53,568 nucleotides of DNA, from NCBI GenBank assembly GCA_034430135.1, contig DAOUFB010000032.1, positions 1 through 53,568 of the forward strand, read 5' to 3'. The translations under genes were made by a program, and so were the position numbers. Origin of the DNA: Flexilinea sp. GTDB lineage: Bacteria; Chloroflexota; Anaerolineae; Anaerolineales; Anaerolineaceae. The notes beneath the pieces are model-generated. The model did not search any database. It was not told the origin of the DNA and was given only the letters and a program-made list of their open reading frames with translations. This document shows positions 9,482 through 19,559 of this stretch, piece after piece; positions within the stretch are counted from its first letter, which is position 1, and each line of letters opens with the position of its first letter.

Positions 9482-11131
9482 TTATTTCCAAATAATTTGT
9501 TCAACTGACCGATCAATTGTAATCTGATTATAGATACCCGTAAATGGATTTACGAGCCAAATATTACCGTCGTCGAGGAACGCCAAGCGGCTCGCACCCG
9601 GATCATCCGTGGGCGCCCAAACGAGCTGCTGCGGTTCAATTCCGAGCGTCTCGTCCTGAGGATAGACGATTCGGACATCCCGCCCCTCCAAGTCTGAAAC
9701 CGCGACCCGGTACCGGCTGGTTTCCGATTGAAGCGGATTCACCGCCGTCAAGAACGCCAGACAGCTCGTTCCATCCGCAAATCGCGGCGAAAGGGTCGGC
9801 GCAGCAAAAAGCCCCGTCTTATGCACGAGCGGCGCCGTCGACCCGCTTTCAAAGTCATACTTCCCGATATTAAAATCGCCTGGATCAAACGTCGAACGTG
9901 CGCCGCTAATGTCTCCCTGATACGTGAAAACCAACGTCTTCCCATCAGCGCTAAGACTGACGCCCGGAAGCCATGCCCAATCCGAGCGCGCCCGACCGTA
10001 GGGCTGAATCCGAAGCAAGGGCTGAACCGTCCCACTCATGCGGTCAATCCAATCAATCCGGTCCCCATGAACCGCGATTAAGGATCGCCCATCGGACGCC
10101 AGTTCGAACTCCGTTCCCCACCAATCCGTATCGCGTCCATTCGGCGCAGATGCGTCCGTTTCCGACTCCTCTGCATCCGCCGGCTCGTAAACCGTCTCCT
10201 CATGTATCAGCATCCCGCTTTCACTGACCATCCGCAGCTTCAAATCGTTATTCGCCCGCCAGCCGGGCGCATCGTCAATCACAGTAACGCTCGAATAAAG
10301 AACGCGCAGCGTCTCTCCGGGAAGCCATTTCGCAAAATGGATCACGTTTGAAACGCGGAGCGAAATTGGCGCTTCAACCCAATTGTCAACATCCATCATC
10401 CACAACGTATTAATTTCGTCCGCTTGGCGACCCTGACGGGAAAATAAAAGAAACCTGCCGTTGTCCGATAGATCCAGGATACGCCCATCTGCGTCCCCGC
10501 CCGCGTAAATCATCTGCCGCGATCCGGTCGTCTCCCGCATCAGCCATAAATTCCCGTTCGCCAAATAAACGATTTTTCCCGGGATTCGAATCGGCGCTAA
10601 ATCCGATTTCACCCCAACCATCAGAATTTCCGGGATCGACATTTCTAAAACAACACGGCTGACGATCGATTCCGAACGTAAAACCCCGTCCGCCATAACG
10701 CGGCGCTTCGTTATCCGCGCAACGCCGCTCTTTCCCCGCTGGAGAATATACGTCTCACCCTCGGCGACAGTTTCGCTTCGGATTAGCTGACTTTCAAAAG
10801 GGATCGTCTCATCGCTGGTAACGTCTTCACTATCGATAATCGTTATCTGGATTTCCGTATCTTCGTTCACGAGACGGTTCAGTCCCGGACGGACTTCATC
10901 CGAGACCTCATAAACTGCGCCGATGGTCAATAGCGCATCACGTACCGTACCGCCGGGAAGTACTTCCCCTTCAAAAACCTGCGCCCCGCGAGATGCGCGA
11001 ACCTTGATCCGCTCCGTCCGCGCCTCTGGGAAACATCCCGTCAGCAGCATAACGCCTAAAAAAATAACCGAAAGCTGATTGATACGGAAGAGAGATAAAA
11101 TTCGTGATTTAAAGACGCGGTACATTTTCAT
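9482..11131 (-). CDS. Putative lipoprotein with G5 domain and TolB-like beta-propeller
   Basis: LLTGC lipobox; ETIPFE...QRGKSG...DG G5 pattern; repeated (L/W)SxDG propeller motifs; start uncertain (11131 or 11125). Confidence 0.7.
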   Translation of the reverse strand: MKMYRVFKSRILSLFRINQLSVIFLGVMLLTGCFPEARTERIKVRASRGAQVFEGEVLPGGTVRDALLTIGAVYEVSDEVRPGLNRLVNEDTEIQITIIDSEDVTSDETIPFESQLIRSETVAEGETYILQRGKSGVARITKRRVMADGVLRSESIVSRVVLEMSIPEILMVGVKSDLAPIRIPGKIVYLANGNLWLMRETTGSRQMIYAGGDADGRILDLSDNGRFLLFSRQGRQADEINTLWMMDVDNWVEAPISLRVSNVIHFAKWLPGETLRVLYSSVTVIDDAPGWRANNDLKLRMVSESGMLIHEETVYEPADAEESETDASAPNGRDTDWWGTEFELASDGRSLIAVHGDRIDWIDRMSGTVQPLLRIQPYGRARSDWAWLPGVSLSADGKTLVFTYQGDISGARSTFDPGDFNIGKYDFESGSTAPLVHKTGLFAAPTLSPRFADGTSCLAFLTAVNPLQSETSRYRVAVSDLEGRDVRIVYPQDETLGIEPQQLVWAPTDDPGASRLAFLDDGNIWLVNPFTGIYNQITIDRSVEQIIWK

Positions 11132-11292
11132 GGCGAATCCATCTGTAGAGCTAAAGGGAAAAACTGAAGCGCCTGTGCTTGGAACACGGCGCAACTCAAT
11201 CATCAAATCCAACCGAAAAGAACGTCCCGCCGGCGCATGAACCAATCCTCTCAGGCATCGTTTCACACACCGGCAGGGTCGGTCAAAACTTC

Positions 11293-11865
11293 TTAGTTTT
11301 TAATTCCTTCAATAACGACGGAATCTTCCATCGTTTCGATGCGGGTCAGCGTTACGATCTGAGACAGAAGCGGATTATACATACCTAAATACGCGGCGAT
11401 CTGCGAATTGACCGTGTTGACGTCAATCGACATCACCGGGACATCCAGCTTCATGACGTTGAACGAGACAGCACCATTCACCAGTGACAGCTGCGCATCC
11501 GCTTTGACCGTCACCTTGAGGAAACCTTTCCCGACCTTAACCGACAGCTTCACGTTCGCCTCGCCGTCCTTCCACGTCAGGAAGTCGACCTTCGGGTCAG
11601 ACAGCGACAAATCCGGCGCGCCGGACTGCTTGATAACCGCTTTAACCTCCGTCTCATACATCTTAAGCGCCTCAGCCGCCGCCTGCGATAACGTCGCTTC
11701 GTCGAGCGTCAGCGTAAACGTTTGACCGCTCGGGACCGCGCCCACTCCATCGAGCTGCGCTGACAATGTGTTCATCGCCGCCGATTGCGCCGCTGCGCTG
11801 GTCATGAAAACGCCCGCCGCCAGCAGGGCGACAACGGCAATCATCATCAATTTCGTCATTTTCAT
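11293..11865 (-). CDS. Secreted hypothetical protein (possibly LmeA/DUF2993-like beta-rich fold)
   Basis: Signal peptide ending AAA; AGGAG RBS; TATAAT upstream (11923-11928, minus strand). Confidence 0.7.
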   Translation of the reverse strand: MKMTKLMMIAVVALLAAGVFMTSAAAQSAAMNTLSAQLDGVGAVPSGQTFTLTLDEATLSQAAAEALKMYETEVKAVIKQSGAPDLSLSDPKVDFLTWKDGEANVKLSVKVGKGFLKVTVKADAQLSLVNGAVSFNVMKLDVPVMSIDVNTVNSQIAAYLGMYNPLLSQIVTLTRIETMEDSVVIEGIKN

Positions 11866-11998
11866 TTTTTTATTCTCCTGTTATTTTGTTTCGGTTCAAG
11901 ATCAAGCCCAAAACCTCCGCTGATTATACGCGCGGGATTGAATCTTGACCAAACCGCAACTTAATCATCATACGTTATTCAAAACGGAAAAGTTCCGC

Positions 11999-13732
11999 TT
12001 AACCTTCGTCATAACGTATCAGCCGCACCGTCCATACCCTCCGCACGGAAAAATACAGAACGGCAGATATGACAGATAACAACGCCAAAAAACCAATCAG
12101 CAGGATCGGGATCTCCGACAGTGTCAAAATCTCCATTTCAATCAGCTTATATCCGCCGAAACCCATCCCCGCCAAAAGCAGGAGAATCCCGATCGTCATC
12201 ATCCCCAGATTGAAACTGCGTTTGATCGCGTGCTGCGGACTGACCCAATTGAAATTCGGATGGATCGCGTCGATCAGGAGTCCGAGCGTTCCGGTAAATA
12301 TAATACAAATCAGGACCGTGCCAATCCCAATCAAAACGTCCGTGAGCGTCGCTTTCAGCAAAATAAATACCAGCGTCAGCGACGGCGCCGTCGCCAGCAG
12401 CCCAAACGCAAAGGAGCAAGTCAATCGCCCATGAATCTGGTCTCGGATCGTAAATGGCAGCGTTTTGACGAGCCAAACGCGTTTTCCCTCGCGCGTCAGC
12501 GAAGTCGTCGCGGGCTGACCTATCCCGCCCATGAACAAGCCAATCAGGATCCCGACCGCCATCCAAAAGCCCGCACGAATCCAGGGCTGAGCGTAAAAGG
12601 TAGACGCAAACGAAAGGAAAAAGCGCATCGCCGCGTCACGGGTATTCTCCTCGCTCATGGACGGGTACATCGAAACCCCGAGAATGATCGGCATCAAAAA
12701 TCCAATCGCACCAATATTATAGAGATAAACCGGCGTCTTAAATATTTCGAGCGCTTCCCGCCAGGCGATCGCGAAAAACTTCGGCTTCCGGTTCCAGCCC
12801 GCGATCCGGACCCGTTTCGCCGCTTTGCGGTTTGTTCCCGCGATATCCGCCATGCGAACGCCATCCGCGAGCGGTTTCGCGCCTGCCAAAATCGTCAGCA
12901 GGAATGCGCCCATTCCGATCGCCAGACCCGCCAGACCTGTCCAGATTCGGGTTCCGAGCTCAGCGCTGAACATGGATACCATCCACAGCCGCACGGTCGG
13001 CATGACCGCGAAAAAAGCTTCCAGCCGCGGACGGATCATCGCCGCGAAGCCGCCCACCTCTGAGGACTCCATGACGACGATCGAACGGGCGAAACGGTTC
13101 GAAAGGATATTCGGACCGATTGAAATAACAAGGACTAAAAACAGACCAACCAGCTGCAAGAAGGCTTTCAAGTTCGGGATCCGATTCAAAAAGCGCATCA
13201 AAAGCACAACCAACAGCGTCAGGAAACTAATCAGCGTCAGAACCAGCGCGACCGATCCAAGGATGGCGTTCAGGTAATAAAGCGCGTCCCGGTTCGTCAG
13301 GATTCCATGCCAGATTGCAAAGACGAGGACGATTAAGCCGTCAAAAGCCAGCGCAGTCGTCGCGTTTTTAATGATTTGACTTGCGATGACTTGATGATCC
13401 GAGAACGGGAAACGCTGCATAATCTTAATATCGTTTCCAAAATAGAGCGTCGAAAAGATCGAAACGACGCTCGTCACCAGCGTCAGCATCAGCGCAATCA
13501 TCTGTGCGAAACCTAAGATCAGATCGGTGTAATCCGTCAGCAAGGCTTCCGAAATGAGATCCCTCAGGAAATATGCCAGCGCCACGCACGGGAGGATCAG
13601 CAAAACGAAAATCACCATTTGACCGATGAATAAGCCGCGGATCTTTTTATCCTTTCGAATTCCCGCCGGATTCCCAATCCAGGGATGCCGAAGCATCATA
13701 TCTTTTTTTAATATCGTCCAAATCGCTTTCAT
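11999..13732 (-). CDS. ABC-2 type exporter permease
   Basis: Many TM helices; SLTREGK..W..KTLP motif; ATGA overlap with the ATPase stop. Confidence 0.85.
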   Translation of the reverse strand: MKAIWTILKKDMMLRHPWIGNPAGIRKDKKIRGLFIGQMVIFVLLILPCVALAYFLRDLISEALLTDYTDLILGFAQMIALMLTLVTSVVSIFSTLYFGNDIKIMQRFPFSDHQVIASQIIKNATTALAFDGLIVLVFAIWHGILTNRDALYYLNAILGSVALVLTLISFLTLLVVLLMRFLNRIPNLKAFLQLVGLFLVLVISIGPNILSNRFARSIVVMESSEVGGFAAMIRPRLEAFFAVMPTVRLWMVSMFSAELGTRIWTGLAGLAIGMGAFLLTILAGAKPLADGVRMADIAGTNRKAAKRVRIAGWNRKPKFFAIAWREALEIFKTPVYLYNIGAIGFLMPIILGVSMYPSMSEENTRDAAMRFFLSFASTFYAQPWIRAGFWMAVGILIGLFMGGIGQPATTSLTREGKRVWLVKTLPFTIRDQIHGRLTCSFAFGLLATAPSLTLVFILLKATLTDVLIGIGTVLICIIFTGTLGLLIDAIHPNFNWVSPQHAIKRSFNLGMMTIGILLLLAGMGFGGYKLIEMEILTLSEIPILLIGFLALLSVISAVLYFSVRRVWTVRLIRYDEG

Positions 13733-14445
13733 TCGGTCAGCTCCAGGAAAATCTGCTCCAAACTGCCTTCGCCCTGCGCCGAGGCGCGAATCTCGTCGAG
13801 CGTCCCCGACGCGACGATTTTTCCATGATGGATGATCGCAATCGTATCGCAAACCTTTTCCGCGACTTCCATAACGTGCGTCGAGAAGAATACAATTTTG
13901 CCCGCGTCGCAGTGTTCGCGCATTAACTGCTTCAGGCGGAACGACGATTTCGGATCAAGCCCAACCATGGGTTCATCCAGAATCCAGAGGTACGGGTCAA
14001 CAATCAGCGCACCAATCAGACAGAGCTTTTGGCGCATTCCATGCGAATAGCCGGCAATCGTATCGTTCAGAGACGCGGTCAGCTCGAACTCATCGGAAAA
14101 ATGAAGGATCCGCTCCTTCCGCGTCGCAGCGTCGAGTTCATAGGCGTCCGCGACGAAATTCAGGTACTGCTTCCCGGTCATCGTCTCATACAGCTCCGGA
14201 TTATCCGGAATGTAGCAGGTCCGGCGTTTCGCTTCAATCGCATTTTTCTGAATATCAATTCCATCCAGAACAATATTTCCCGCGTCCGGTTTGAGAAGCC
14301 CGACGATCATCTTAATCGTCGTCGTCTTGCCCGCTCCGTTTGGACCTAAGAAGCCGAAAATTTTTCCCGGCTGAATTTTCAGGCTGATGTCGTTGACGGC
14401 GACTTTCGTCCCGTACTTTTTCGTAACGTTGGTTAGTGTAATCAT
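13729..14445 (-). CDS. ABC exporter ATP-binding subunit
   Basis: GPNGAGKTT, YSHGMRQ, ILDEP, STH. Confidence 0.95.
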   Translation of the reverse strand: MITLTNVTKKYGTKVAVNDISLKIQPGKIFGFLGPNGAGKTTTIKMIVGLLKPDAGNIVLDGIDIQKNAIEAKRRTCYIPDNPELYETMTGKQYLNFVADAYELDAATRKERILHFSDEFELTASLNDTIAGYSHGMRQKLCLIGALIVDPYLWILDEPMVGLDPKSSFRLKQLMREHCDAGKIVFFSTHVMEVAEKVCDTIAIIHHGKIVASGTLDEIRASAQGEGSLEQIFLELTE

Positions 14446-14698
14446 TCGTTTTACCTTCTCCTATCAAGTTCCTATTTTACGGTTCTTTTAAAAATCAGTT
14501 ACGTGCCGCGTCAGAATTCGTTTCATCAACAATGATCCGAACAGGGCGTTACGGCGGATGTTCCTCGGAGGAAAAGGAGGAAAAGTATCCCTGTTCTCCG
14601 TCCGGGATCCGATTTATAATAGAACCTAATGGAAGAGCGGGAAAACCGTCTCGCGATCATGAACCGGGAAAACCGGAAAACGATGGAGGATCCTTACC

Positions 14699-15082
14699 AT
14701 GCAAGTGAAATCGGACTGCTTCTATACAAAGAATGATGAATGGGTTTTAATTGAAGGCGACGTTGCCACGGTCGGATTAACAGACTATGCGCAAGACGCA
14801 CTCTCGGATATCGTTTTCGTCGAACTTACCGCAGGAATCGGCGATACCATCGCCGCAGAAGACCAAATCGCGACCGTTGAATCGATTAAAGCCGCTTCAG
14901 ACGTTTACGCGCCGGTCGCCGGCGAGGTCGTCGCGCTGAACGACGCCGTTTCAGATTCGCCCGAACTGATTAATCAGGATCCTTTCGGAGCTGCCTGGCT
15001 CATCAAGCTAAAAGGATCTTTCGACACATCCGCGTTAATGGACGCCGCCGCCTACGAAGCCTGGTGCGCAGATCGGCATTAA
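14699..15082 (+). CDS. gcvH: Glycine cleavage system H protein
   Basis: GLTDYAQDALSDIVFV, ESIKAASD (lipoyl-Lys), INQDPFG..W. Confidence 0.95.
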   Translation: MQVKSDCFYTKNDEWVLIEGDVATVGLTDYAQDALSDIVFVELTAGIGDTIAAEDQIATVESIKAASDVYAPVAGEVVALNDAVSDSPELINQDPFGAAWLIKLKGSFDTSALMDAAAYEAWCADRH

Positions 15083-15085
15083 GCC

Positions 15086-16441
15086 ATGTACGTCCCGCAT
15101 ACGCAAGCCGAACGCGAAGCCATGCTTTCGTCGATCGGCGTAACCTCGATGGAGGAGCTTTTCTCCGCAGTACCGGCGGATCTGCGCTTCCCGGAACTGA
15201 GATTGACCGAAGCGATGACCGAGCCGGAAATATTGTCCATGCTGACAGAGCTGGATCACGCGAACCTGTCAGCAGCCGAAGTTCCCTGTTTCCTCGGCGC
15301 AGGTGCGTACCGCCATTATGTCCCGGCTGTCCTCGATAACCTGACCGCCCGCGGCGACTTCTATACCGCTTACACGCCGTATCAAGCCGAAATATCTCAG
15401 GGAACGCTTCAAGGAATCTATGAATTTCAATCGCTCATCGCCCGCCTGACGGGAATGGACGCCGCGAACGCGTCGCACTACGACGGCGCAACCGCCTGCG
15501 CGGAAGCGGGAATCCTCGCCTATCATCATTTTCGCGGCAAGCGCAAAAAGATCGTCGTCTCCGCTGGACTTCATCCGCATTATCACATGACAATGCGGAC
15601 ATATTTACAAGATTTCGACGGTGTAACCGTCGTCATGCCGCGGCAGGACGTTTTTGAAGGTGCGAACGCCGCGTCATTCCTCGAAGCGATCGACGATAAC
15701 ACCTCGCTCGTTCTCGCGGCTTATCCCGATTTCTTCGGAACGGTCACTGATCTGACCGCCATCGCCGAAGCGGCGCATGCAAAAGGTGCGCTGTTTGCCG
15801 TCTGCGTCAATCCCATTGCGCTCGGGCTGTTGAAAACGCCGGGCGAGATGGGCGCGGATATCGTCGTCGGAGAGGGTCAGCCGCTCGGTCTGGGCTTAAA
15901 CTATGGCGGTCCCTACCTCGGACTTTTCGCCGTAAAATCGGCGCTGATCCGAAAGATGTCCGGACGCATCGTCGGTGAAACCATCGACGATCGCGGGCAG
16001 CGCGCTTATGTTCTGACGCTGACCGCCCGTGAACAGCATATCCGCCGGGATAAAGCGACGTCCAACATCTGCTCAAATCAGGGGCTGAACGCGCTGCGTG
16101 CGGCGATTTACCTGAGCGAGCTTGGCGCGTCCGGGTTAAGAGAAGTCGCGAAACAGTGCTACGATAAAGCGCACTACGCAGCCAAAAAGCTCGGCAAAAT
16201 CCGGGGCTTCAAGGTCCTCAACGAAAAGCCATTCTTCCATGAATTCGTGCTCCATTGCCCGAAACCGGTCGAAGAAATCAATCAGCACCTGCTCGATCAT
16301 GACATCATCGGCGGTTATGACCTCTCTGGTGTAACTCTCGATTTGGGAAACGCCATGCTTGTCGCCGTTACCGAAACGACGAGCAAGCGCGATATCGACG
16401 ATCTCTGCGCCGCGCTGGCGGAGGAAGGAACTCACGCATGA
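15086..16441 (+). CDS. gcvPA: Glycine dehydrogenase subunit 1
   Basis: FLGAGAY, YTPYQAEISQGTLQ, REQHIRRDKATSNICSNQ. Confidence 0.97.
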   Translation: MYVPHTQAEREAMLSSIGVTSMEELFSAVPADLRFPELRLTEAMTEPEILSMLTELDHANLSAAEVPCFLGAGAYRHYVPAVLDNLTARGDFYTAYTPYQAEISQGTLQGIYEFQSLIARLTGMDAANASHYDGATACAEAGILAYHHFRGKRKKIVVSAGLHPHYHMTMRTYLQDFDGVTVVMPRQDVFEGANAASFLEAIDDNTSLVLAAYPDFFGTVTDLTAIAEAAHAKGALFAVCVNPIALGLLKTPGEMGADIVVGEGQPLGLGLNYGGPYLGLFAVKSALIRKMSGRIVGETIDDRGQRAYVLTLTAREQHIRRDKATSNICSNQGLNALRAAIYLSELGASGLREVAKQCYDKAHYAAKKLGKIRGFKVLNEKPFFHEFVLHCPKPVEEINQHLLDHDIIGGYDLSGVTLDLGNAMLVAVTETTSKRDIDDLCAALAEEGTHA

Positions 16442-17901
16442 AACCGAACCGAACCCATAGTGAAAAGACAATTTTCGAAATGTCGGTTCCGGGACGGGTC
16501 GGGTTTCGATTCGCTCCGTCAGACGTCCCGAGTACCGACGTTCCCGCCGATCTGATTCGTACTGAGCTGCCGATGCCGGAGCTGTCGGAACTGGACGTCG
16601 TGCGTCATTTTACGCGCCTCTCTCGGCTGAACTACTCGGTCGACAGCGGTTTTTATCCGCTTGGCTCGTGCACGATGAAATATAACCCGAAGGTCTGTGA
16701 AAAAGCAGCGTCCCTCCCCGGACTCACCCAGCTTCATCCGCTGCAGCCGCTTGAAACGGTTCAAGGCGCGCTTGTCGTCCTCCACGAGATGCAGACGATC
16801 CTCTGCGAAGTCGGAGGCATGGCAGCGGGGTCGGTCACCCCGGCTGCCGGCGCACAATCCGAGTTCTGCGGCGTAAAAATGATCGCTGCCTATCATCGCG
16901 ACAACGGTCAGACGCAGCGCAAAGTCATGCTCATTCCCGATAGCGCCCATGGGACAAACCCGGCATCCTCGGTAATGTGCGGCTTCACCTGCCAATCGGT
17001 TAAGACGACACCGCGCGGAAACGTCGACCTCGACGACCTGAAGAAGCACTGCAATGACCAGCTTGCGGGCATCATGATCACCAACCCGAACACGCTCGGG
17101 CTGTTCGACGAAAATATCCTCGAAGTGACGCGCATGGTTCACGAAGCCGGCGGTCTCGTTTACGGCGACGGCGCCAACATGAACGCACTTCTGGGAATCG
17201 TCCAACCCGCCGCGCTCGGAATCGACGTCATGCACTATAACCTGCATAAAACGTTCGCCACTCCGCATGGCGGCGGCGGACCCGGCGCTGGAGCAGTCTG
17301 CTGCGTTGAGAAACTGGCGGATTACCTTCCGGGACCGATCTCGGCGATCATCGAAGAGGGCGATGAGGAAGTGCCGCCGCTCTACGGACTCGTTGAGCCT
17401 GAAAAATCGATCGGCATGGTTCGCGCCTTCTGGGGTCATTTTGCGATCATCCTGCGCGCCTACGTCTACTGTCTCGCGTTAGGTCGGACGGGGATGCGCG
17501 AAGTCGGTGAGAACGCGACGCTGAACGCGAACTACCTGATGCAGGCGTTGAAAGACGTCTACCCGCTCCCGTATGATCGCGTCTGTATGCATGAATTTGT
17601 CCTCGACGTAAAGTGGAAAGATGCGCCGGGTATCCGCGCTTTCGACGTTGCAAAGCGCATGATGGATTTCGGGCTGCACCCGCCGACCTACTATTTTCCG
17701 CTCATCGTTCATGAAGCGCTGATGATTGAGCCGACTGAAACCGAAACGAAAGCGACGCTCGACGAGTTCATCGCCATCATGCGATCCATCGCCGAAGAAG
17801 CGAAAACCCAGCCGGAACTCTTGACTTCTGCTCCGACCGAAACCCCATTCGGGCGCCTCGACGAAGTCAAAGCCGCTAAGGATCTGAAAATTGCCGAATA
17901 A
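16438..17901 (+). CDS. gcvPB: Glycine dehydrogenase subunit 2
   Basis: PLGSCTMKYN, SAHGTNPAS, NLHKTF..PHGGGGPG (PLP Lys), MIEPTETE. Confidence 0.97.
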   Translation: MKPNRTHSEKTIFEMSVPGRVGFRFAPSDVPSTDVPADLIRTELPMPELSELDVVRHFTRLSRLNYSVDSGFYPLGSCTMKYNPKVCEKAASLPGLTQLHPLQPLETVQGALVVLHEMQTILCEVGGMAAGSVTPAAGAQSEFCGVKMIAAYHRDNGQTQRKVMLIPDSAHGTNPASSVMCGFTCQSVKTTPRGNVDLDDLKKHCNDQLAGIMITNPNTLGLFDENILEVTRMVHEAGGLVYGDGANMNALLGIVQPAALGIDVMHYNLHKTFATPHGGGGPGAGAVCCVEKLADYLPGPISAIIEEGDEEVPPLYGLVEPEKSIGMVRAFWGHFAIILRAYVYCLALGRTGMREVGENATLNANYLMQALKDVYPLPYDRVCMHEFVLDVKWKDAPGIRAFDVAKRMMDFGLHPPTYYFPLIVHEALMIEPTETETKATLDEFIAIMRSIAEEAKTQPELLTSAPTETPFGRLDEVKAAKDLKIAE

Positions 17902-17973
17902 ACCGCTTTAGCGCCTCGCCGTCGAAGCTCCGGTTTTGGCGGCGAGTGCCGCATGCAAAAAGCGGACGGATCA

Positions 17974-17997
17974 TGAAAAAGGCACCCGCCTTTTTCA
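17974..17997 (+). terminator. Probable intrinsic terminator of the gcv operon
   Basis: tgaaaaaggc-accc-gcctttttca. Confidence 0.65.
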
Positions 17998-18090
17998 AAT
18001 AACACAAACTGAAACCGGATCAATTACGGGCGAATTCAAGTCCGAAAGGAACCGCGAACCATGCCCCAGTTCGATCCACAAGGAACATTC

Positions 18091-19482
18091 ATGAAACCAT
18101 ATACCCCTGTTGATACGGGCTTACTCCTTCAAGCCCAACTGCCGGAAAGCGACGCCCTAAGCGTCTCTCTCGCCTTAACCAGCGACGAACCGTTCCTCAA
18201 CGAACGCGGTTCTTACCTCTACTCGGAATCCCTCGACGGCGCGGGTGTCATTTTCGCGCTCGGGAAAAAGCGGGATCTCCGCGCTTTCCGTTTCCTCGGC
18301 GGCGACGTGATCCGCCGGCTCCAAAAAACCGAAACACCTGCCGCCGCGATTGATTTTCCGGCGGATATGGGACGTGACGAAATCGGCGCATTCCTCGAAG
18401 GGCTTCTCCTCGGCGCATTCTCGTTCGATCGCTATAAAACCGAAAAAACGGCGAAACCCTGCCGTGTCAGCGTCGATCCGCAGTTCGCCGACCTCGTCGC
18501 CGAAAAGAACGCGCTCTGCGCCGCAGTGAATCAGTCGCGCGATTGGGCGCATGAACCTGCGTCGGTCATCAACCCTGTGACCCTTGCTGAACGGGCGGTC
18601 GCGCTCGCGAAAGACTATGACCTTGAGATCAAGGTCATGACTGACGACGAACTCCGCGCGATGGGCGCGAACGCGATTACCGCCGTCGGACAGGGCAGCA
18701 AAACCCCCTCCCGCCTGATTACCCTCTCCTACAAGGGGACGCGTCCGGGCAAACCGGTCGTCCTCGTCGGAAAGGCGATTACCTTTGACGCGGGCGGCTA
18801 CTCGATTAAACCGACCGAATCAATGGTCGGGATGAAATACGATAAATCCGGCGCAATGACCGTCCTCGCGACTCTCCGCGCCGCCGCCGAACTGAAACTC
18901 GCTCAGCCGCTCGTCGGCGTCATCTGCGCCGCGGAAAACATGCTCAGCGAAAATTCCTATCGTCCGGACGATATTCTGACGTCGCTTTCGGGCAAGACGA
19001 TCGAAGTCATCTCAACCGACGCCGAAGGTCGGCTCGTTCTGGCGGATGGTTTAACCTATGCGCAGCGAAACTTCGAGCCCCGCGCCATGATCGACTTGGC
19101 GACCCTGACCGGCGGCGTCATGATCGCCCTCGGACGCGTCCGCGCCGGGCTGCTCTCCAATAACGACGAACTCGCGAAAGAACTTTTTGACGCCGGTGAA
19201 CGAACCGACGAACGTCTCTGGCGGCTTCCGCTGGACGAAGACTATAAGGAACTCATTAAGGGCAAAGACGCCGATATTAAAAACTCCGCCGGTCGCGGAG
19301 GCGGCGCGTCAACAATCGTCGGCGGGATATTCCTGAAGGAATTTGTCGAGGACGCCGTTCCCTGGGCTCATCTCGATATCGCGGCAGTCGCCGATACCGA
19401 CGAAGCAACGCCGATCTGCGCCAAGGGCGGAACGGGCTTCGGCGTCCGCCTCCTCGTTGATTACCTGGCTTCGCTCGGGTAA
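18091..19482 (+). CDS. pepA: Leucyl aminopeptidase (M17)
   Basis: VGKAITFDAGG, MKYDKSG, STDAEGRL, DLATLTG, WAHLDIA; alternative start at 18061. Confidence 0.93.
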   Translation: MKPYTPVDTGLLLQAQLPESDALSVSLALTSDEPFLNERGSYLYSESLDGAGVIFALGKKRDLRAFRFLGGDVIRRLQKTETPAAAIDFPADMGRDEIGAFLEGLLLGAFSFDRYKTEKTAKPCRVSVDPQFADLVAEKNALCAAVNQSRDWAHEPASVINPVTLAERAVALAKDYDLEIKVMTDDELRAMGANAITAVGQGSKTPSRLITLSYKGTRPGKPVVLVGKAITFDAGGYSIKPTESMVGMKYDKSGAMTVLATLRAAAELKLAQPLVGVICAAENMLSENSYRPDDILTSLSGKTIEVISTDAEGRLVLADGLTYAQRNFEPRAMIDLATLTGGVMIALGRVRAGLLSNNDELAKELFDAGERTDERLWRLPLDEDYKELIKGKDADIKNSAGRGGGASTIVGGIFLKEFVEDAVPWAHLDIAAVADTDEATPICAKGGTGFGVRLLVDYLASLG

Positions 19483-19559
19483 TCGGACTTTCGATGATGC
19501 CGGCTTCCCATTCACGCCTAAAATAAGCGGAACGGGAAGCCGAGTCTTTATTCCCGATC

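Noticed and set aside
14446..14698. Glycine riboswitch upstream of gcvH
   Set aside because: The GGAGA/CCGAAG/CUCUCAGG core elements are not found.
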